Origin: Chiloscyllium plagiosum
Lineage: Eukaryota
Direction: 5' to 3'
DNA length: 32,433 nt
NCBI RefSeq assembly: GCF_004010195.1
Contig: NC_057754.1
Span: 3,940,746-3,973,178 of the forward strand
In this document: positions 25,547 to 32,433 of the stretch, piece after piece
How positions within the stretch are numbered: position 1 is the stretch's first letter
Layout: each line of letters begins with the position of its first letter
Position numbers and translations under genes: made by a program
Notes under the pieces: model-generated
The model's database searches: none
What the model saw: the letters and a program-made list of their open reading frames with translations, nothing else
Told to the model about the DNA's origin: nothing

Positions 25547-25589
25547 GTGAGTAATGTGAATCAAACTTGCATTGCTGTGGCGCCTTTCA

Positions 25590-25970
25590 CAGCCCCTCGA
25601 TGTGCCAGAGCACCTTACAGCCAATGATGTTGGAGTTATTAACACATGACTGCTGTAACGTAGGAAATGTGGCAGCATGTTCCAACAGACAATAATGTGA
25701 TCATGGCCCATATCGTCTGCTCTGGATGTTGATTGAGGGATAAATATTCCCAAGGGGAAATTCTCCTTTTCTTTGGAATGCAGGCCAGGACATCTCTCTC
25801 ACCTACCCGAGAGAGTGGATTGCAATCTTCAACATCTCACCTAGAAGACAGTGCCTCTGACAGCGCCATTCTCCCTCAGTGCTGTGTATCAGCTTCAGTT
25901 GCACGCAGAGGTCTCTGGAATGGGACTTGAACTCAGAGCTCGGGGATGCTATCCTCTGAGCCACAGCTGA
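25590..25970 (-). mobile_element. Deu-domain SINE (SacSINE1-like), diverged
   Basis: tRNA-like head at the right end (reverse: tggctcagagg...gagttcaagtccc); gttgattgagggataaatatt core; ttacagccaatga tail. Confidence 0.65.
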
Positions 25971-26250
25971 CCTTCGGGCATGAGTCAGGAATTTGAAATG
26001 ATTTGAGGAATTGTGCAGCCTTCCCTCAATCCCAGAGTCCTGCACTCCTTCCCATTGATTATCCCAGCGCTGTGCTGTTTGCGATCGTTCGTGCTGAACT
26101 CTCACCTTGAGCAGCCCACTTGCTGTGCGGCTCAGTCTGGCCCCTGGGGTTGGGACACCCAGCGATGTATAACGCGGAGGGTGGGGCTGGTGGAGTTGTC
26201 CTGTGATTCGGTGTGTGCACATGAGAGAGAGAGAGAGTGCTGTGATCTGA

Positions 26251-26598
<348 letters not shown>

Positions 26599-27340
26599 TA
26601 ACTGCACTGTGGTTTCTGGAGGTGGGTGTTTACACAATCTCTGCCTTCAGGCTGGTATTTGGACCCCCTCCCCCCCACCTCTTCATTGAGATGAGGAGCA
26701 GGGGTGATCACTGAACAGCTATTGGCAATCTATCCCATAGGTGCGCACTGTAATAACAGGAGCCAGGAGAGGGCAGTCAGTCTGTTGTCCTTGTTCTGCC
26801 ATCAGTTGTGTAAAGGATGAGATACACCTCCTCTCCATTTGACCTACACCTGCCCTTCACATTCCTCAATACACATACTCAATAAAAAAAAATCAATCCA
26901 GCTCCAACTCAAGAGCTCCAAATGATAATTTCCCTCCTCCACCTCCCCCAATTTCAGGTTTCCAATCCCTTCTGTTTGAAATGCACACATTGATTAATTT
27001 TCTTATGACCCCAATTTTTATCAGTTTATTCCCTGATCCTTTAAGTCTAGGCTCCCCTGTTCTGGACAGGTTTGTTTCATTTTCTTTAAAATGCTGGGAA
27101 ATTGGCTGCTAAATGATTGTGTGTACCTCATTAATTACATTGGCAACCAATTTGGGCTTGTCATTGGGGCTCATGATGTAGTGCACTTGAGCATCCTGGG
27201 AGTCTGTATGTATTAATGAATAAGGCGCTGTTGTTTGCAGACAGTAAGTTCATGTAGACGCACTTCGCCCGTTTCAACTCTCACCAGTAGGTGACGGCCA
27301 TTCTCTGGTTAATTCCTTAATACAATGCTTTGATGAACCT

Positions 27341-27925
27341 GAGTCATAGAGATGTACAGCATGGCAACAGACTCTTCAGTCCAGCTCGTCCATGCCAACC
27401 AGATCTCCTAAGTTAATCTAGTCCCATTTGCCAGCATTTGGCCCATATCCCTCTAAAACTTATTTAATCATGTACCCATCCAGATGCCTTTTAAATGTTG
27501 TAATTATACCAGCTTGCACCACTTCCTCTGGCAGCTCATTCCATACACTGACCACTTTTTGCTTAAAAGAGTTGCTCCTTAGGTCCCTCTTAAATCTTTT
27601 CACTCTCACCTTAAACCTGTAGTTTTGGACTCCCCTACCTTAGGAAGAAGGCCTGAGCCATTTTCCTTATCGATACCCGTCATAATTTTATAAACCTGTG
27701 TAAGATGACCCCCTCAGCTCCAGGGAAAACAGCCCAGGCCTATTCAGCCTCTCCCTACACCTCAAACCCTCCAACCCTGGCAACATCCTTGTAAATCCTT
27801 CCAAGTTTCACAACATCCTTCCAAGAGCAGGAGACCAGAATTGAACACAGTATTCCAAAAGTGGCCTAACCAATGTTCTGTACAGCAGGAACATGACATT
27901 CCAACCTCTATACTCAATGCACTGA
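27341..27925 (-). mobile_element. CR1/HER1 LINE 3' end
   Basis: gagtcatagagatgtacagcatgg tail; accacttcctctggcagctcattcca; closely similar to 6443..6816. Confidence 0.88.
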
Positions 27926-28589
27926 TCTCGTTTAAATTTTAGACTTGCCTAGTTTAAAAATGAAAGCCTGGCAGTTATCATCTATCTGGTGCACTCCCAA
28001 TGCTCCAACCAATCAGATTCCAGTTGCTGACCTATAGCACTTTCCTTTCATGTAGAATGAATGAATTATGTTTCCCCTTCACATCGGTATTTCTTTGGGA
28101 ATTGTTCTGATGAGTACAGAACAGACATAGACAAAATGTCTTGTTCAGCAATACTATCAAAACATACTCAAACTATGGAGTTCCTCAAGAATTGACAATA
28201 TAATTCATTTCATAAATGGGGAGCAAGTGTGCAACCTTTGATATCCTCCACCATCTTCCACTCGTTAAATTACTGGTAAAGTATTTTCCCATCCCCTCAC
28301 CAGAGGGAAGTATTACTCTCTGCATCTACTGTCTCTGATATTAGATGAGTGATTCTGCACTGCTCACTCTCGATCCATTCAAGGCCAATATTTACTTTCT
28401 GTAACGTGGTGGCCAGAGGTAAACACTGGGCTGTTTAAGCCTTCCACCTGGTTTTTAGGTCCTGCATTAGCTCGAAATAAACTACGCAACATTCCACATC
28501 ATAAGATCCCTCTCTTTTTTTTTTGAAGTTTTGGTTTGCTTCTCGATATTAATGATGGTTCTCAGGGTCTTGGAGAGGCCACCGAGGAG

Positions 28590-29040
28590 ACTTAGTAGAG
28601 CAGTCCTGGGGTTGAGGGGCTTCTCATGTGGAGAGATGAAAGAATCTTCTCTGAGATGAGAAGTTTAAGTGGGAGATTTAATCGAGCTGTTGTAAATCAT
28701 GAGGTTGTTGGGGTGGGAGGGCAGGGGTTTCAATTGAGTAATAAGCGAGAAACCTTTTCCAAAGGCAGGAGGGTCAGTAACCAGAGGGAACATGGATTGA
28801 AGAGAATTGGTGAAAGGGCCAGAGGAGAGGATGATCATTGCTTTCAGACTGGGAGGAGTTGTGATTAGAATGCGCTGCCTAGCGGAAGCTGATTGAGTGT
28901 GAATTTTCAAATAGGAATTGTGGAAACACTTGTAAAGGGTATATTTGCAAAGCTGTGAAGCAGGGTGGGTGGGACTAATTGGGCCCGTTTTCAAAGAGCT
29001 AGCTAGACTAAGGGTGAAATAGCTGCCTGTGCTTTCTGAT
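28590..29040 (+). mobile_element. Old diverged CR1 3' fragment
   Basis: aaatcatgagg...gggtcagtaaccagagggaacatggattgaagagaattgg...ttagaatgcgctgcct. Confidence 0.55.
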
Positions 29041-29074
29041 TTTTGGCGGGGTCCGGTCGGGTTATGACGCGTGA

Positions 29075-29269
<195 letters not shown>

Positions 29270-29517
29270 TGAGCCCTGCGTGTATTGGCTGAGAACAAGG
29301 AGAGAGAGAGATTTGCACAGTCCTTTACCTTGCCATCCACCCTGCTGTTTCCCCTTTGACTTTCTTTCTCTTCCTCCGTCACTGAAATACGAGTGGGATG
29401 TCTAATGTCATGACAGAAATGCGCAATTCCGAGGTAGCTGGCTGGGAATTGTCATGTGCAACGTTCTGTTCTGGAGACAACGCGGGGCAAGTTCCAGAGC
29501 TCGGCACCTGACCCTAG

Positions 29518-29661
<144 letters not shown>

Positions 29662-29959
29662 TGAAGGAAGGGATTGGGGTGAGCAGTGGGGGAAGTTTGT
29701 CCATCACTGGTTGTGTTCGTACCAAGCACAAAGGAAGATGGTTGAAATTTTTTGGACGTTCCGCAGATAGATTCCTCAGGGCAGATGACCTCTAAGTTAG
29801 AACCGGAGCTGTTCTCTGATTGCGAATCTTCTGTTTCATTCTCAACTGCTAAAATATTGAAGCAGCCCCTGTCCCTGCACTGAAATACTTGAACTGATGA
29901 GAGTCGGGTAATGTGCCCACAAGTGCCGTGCAATGATGTTCTCAAACCAGAAAGAATCT

Positions 29960-30520
29960 AACCATTTACCTTCAATGAATCCCTTACTGTCAACTTCCTG
30001 CAAGTTACCGTTAACCAGAAACTGAGCTGTGAACCCCCTCCCCCATAAAAATATTGTGGTTGTAAAAGCAAGTCAGGGACTGGGAATTCTGTGGTGACTG
30101 GCTTTCCTCTTCACTCCCAAAGCTACCTACAAGGCACAGTTCAAGAGCGTAATGGAATGTTCCACTTGTTTGGATGGATGTGGCTCAAACAACACTCAAG
30201 AAATCCAAGATCAGGCAGACCACTGGGTCCACACCCCATCCGCCACCTTCAGCATCTACTCCCTCCACCACCAACGCGCAGCAGCAGTGTGTACTGTCTA
30301 CAAGCTGCACTGCAGCGACTTAACCAGGCTCTTCGGGCAGCTTCTTCCTAACTGGTGGCCTTTATAACCTGGAAGGACTGGCAGCAGATTCACCAAGTGC
30401 AGGTTCCCCTCCGAGGCCTGTACCACCCAGATGGTAGCTTGGTGAATGTCACTGCTTCCGAATCCTGATGCTGAAACCCAGCTGTGGGTTTATCTCCACT
30501 CGTATGAGACGGTGGTTCCC
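29960..30520 (+). mobile_element. Diverged CR1/L2-clade LINE 3' fragment
   Basis: tgaatcccttactgtcaac...gttaaccagaaactgagctg...ctacaaggcacagttcaagag; same family as 5060..5570. Confidence 0.55.
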
Positions 30521-30655
30521 CAGCACCTTCGCAGGGGCAGCTAGGCAAATGCAGCACATGCAGGCCCTGCCAGTGATGCACCTGAATGAATAAACATAAA
30601 GAGGAGATAGGGCATTTGAGAGAACACTGGGGAAGTGGGGTGCCAGCAATGATGA

Positions 30656-30844
<189 letters not shown>

Positions 30845-31214
30845 TAAGTGGGCAGCTGGCGAGGGTTCCCTTCGCCAGCGGAATGCGATTGGGGTGCTGT
30901 CTGCGACAGGCAAGCTCAGTGGTGTCACCAGTGTAGACTTACCAAGCCCGGGGAGGGCTGCGCTGACGGGAGCTGGCAGCAAGGGGCTGGGGGAGGGGGG
31001 AGGGAGTTGAGGCCAAGGGGATCTGTTTAAGTTCTTGTGACGGCTGTGAGAGATCTTCCAGCCTCTTTGGGAAGAACAGCAAGAGTGTTCTCGATGTTTA
31101 TCCCTTGAGCAACACCTTTTGATTTTGATTTTTAAAAAAGGCAGTCTGGTCATTAGCTTATTGCCGTTTGTGGGAGTTTTCTGAGCACCAGTGGGGTAGC
31201 TGAGCTACCTGCAC

Positions 31215-31529
31215 TGCACAGTGGCTCAGTGGTTAGCACTGCTGCCTCACAGCACCGGGCTACCAGGTTTGATTCCAGACTTGGGTGACTGTCTGCGTAG
31301 AGTTTGCACATTCTCCCTGTGTCTGTGTGGGTTTCCTCTGGGAGCTCTGGTTTCCTCCCACAGTCCAAAGATATGCAGATTAGGTGAATTGTCCATGCTA
31401 AATTTCCCCATAGTGTAAGGTCAATTAGAGGGAAATGGGTCTGGGTGGGTTACTCTTCGGTGGGTCGGTGTGGACTGGTTGGGCTGAAGGGCCGGTTTCC
31501 ACACTGTAGGGAATCTAACCTAATCTAAT
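31215..31529 (+). mobile_element. HE1-type SINE
   Basis: gcacagtggctcagtggttagcactgctgcctcacagc head, gtttccacactgtagggaatctaacctaatctaat tail. Confidence 0.88.
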
Positions 31530-31816
31530 GGCAACAATCAGACAGTGTATCGTTGACTGTAACCCTGAGGGACATCCTGAGGTTGTGTGGGCACTACATA
31601 GGTTTAAACACGAGACCTCTGCTTTACTACAGCACCACAGCTATTGGGATGGGTTTGATTACAGCATGATCCTGTTTACGTAGACTGCCCTCGTAAGCAA
31701 AGACACACAGAGTGTTGGGAAGCTGCACAAAGGGTCTGAGGGTAAGACATTGCTTTCCCTCACTCGACGAGGGAGCCCAGGTCATTAACACTCTGTGATC
31801 CATCCCATAACTGCAG

Positions 31817-31922
31817 GGCCCTGATCCGGTCCAGGCTTTCCCCCCAGTTGGACAATCGTAATCCTGAGGATCCGCTGTTGGAAATCCAGGACCCACTGCC
31901 AGCGAAGCTCAAGAGCTCAGTG
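31817..31922 (+). CDS. PCNX3: PCNX3 exon 18 (ALIRSRLSPQLDNRNPEDPLLEIQDPLPAKLKSSV), phase 2/0
   Basis: ctgcag acceptor, GTG|gtaagt donor, 106 nt; DPLP.KL..SV motif. Confidence 0.92.
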
Positions 31923-32208
31923 GTAAGTCCCTCAGACTGCAGGATCTTCCATGGAGCGGATGTATGCTGCTTGTCTCAGTCCATGACCCAGTTGAGCCAG
32001 GACACTCTCCCTCTCTCTCAGTCTGGGCTGATGCGTCAAGCCTCGAATGACTCCTAAGAGAGATGATTGGAGAAGTATCCCACAGTTCTCTGCCCACAAG
32101 TCCGGGCGTGGTTGTAATGCTTCCAGCAGTCGGGCAGCTCCTTGGCCAGTGCTGGCGAGGGTCTCCCACTGGGGTGGGCAGGGGTGTGCTGCATGGCTTC
32201 TTGTCTAG

Positions 32209-32433
32209 GAGAAAGTGAGGACTGCAGGTGCTGGAGATCGGAGTTGAAAATGTGTTGCTGGAAAAGCCTAGGCGGAAGATGAGGCCTAGGAACCCTTCAA
32301 CCACAAGTGATGAACTCAGATTTCTCCAGTTTCCTCATTTCCCCTCCCCCCACCTTGTCTCAGTCCCAACCCTCGAACTCATCACCGCCTTCTTAAACTG
32401 CAAACTTCTTCCTGACCTCTCTGCCCCCACCCC
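32209..32433. mobile_element. Penelope-like element fragment running off the window end
   Basis: ggagaaagtgaggactgcaggtgctggagatcggag...gctggaaaagc is the reverse complement of the 4583..4647 end; followed by a pyrimidine-rich segment recalled as Penelope 3' sequence. Confidence 0.55.

Overview
Eukaryotic (vertebrate) genomic DNA. The repeat families (HE1-type tRNA-derived SINEs, HER1/CR1 LINEs, Deu-domain SINEs, Penelope-like termini) point to a cartilaginous fish, probably a shark. The window lies inside one + strand gene, pecanex 3 (PCNX3). I reconstructed 17 consecutive internal coding exons (putative exons 2-18, numbered by analogy to mammalian PCNX3). They total 3303 nt = 1101 codons, with consistent splice phases and no stops. 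Exon 1 and the 3' exons lie outside the window. One intron (19646..20651) must be a non-canonical GC-AG intron, and two exons have in-frame alternative acceptors. The introns are packed with decayed retroelements, several nested, including fold-back Penelope-like ends with degenerate hammerhead-ribozyme cores, plus SINE-associated minisatellites. I found no convincing wholly new biological system. Family and paralogue assignments come from recalled sequence knowledge, not database searches, and repeat boundaries are approximate.
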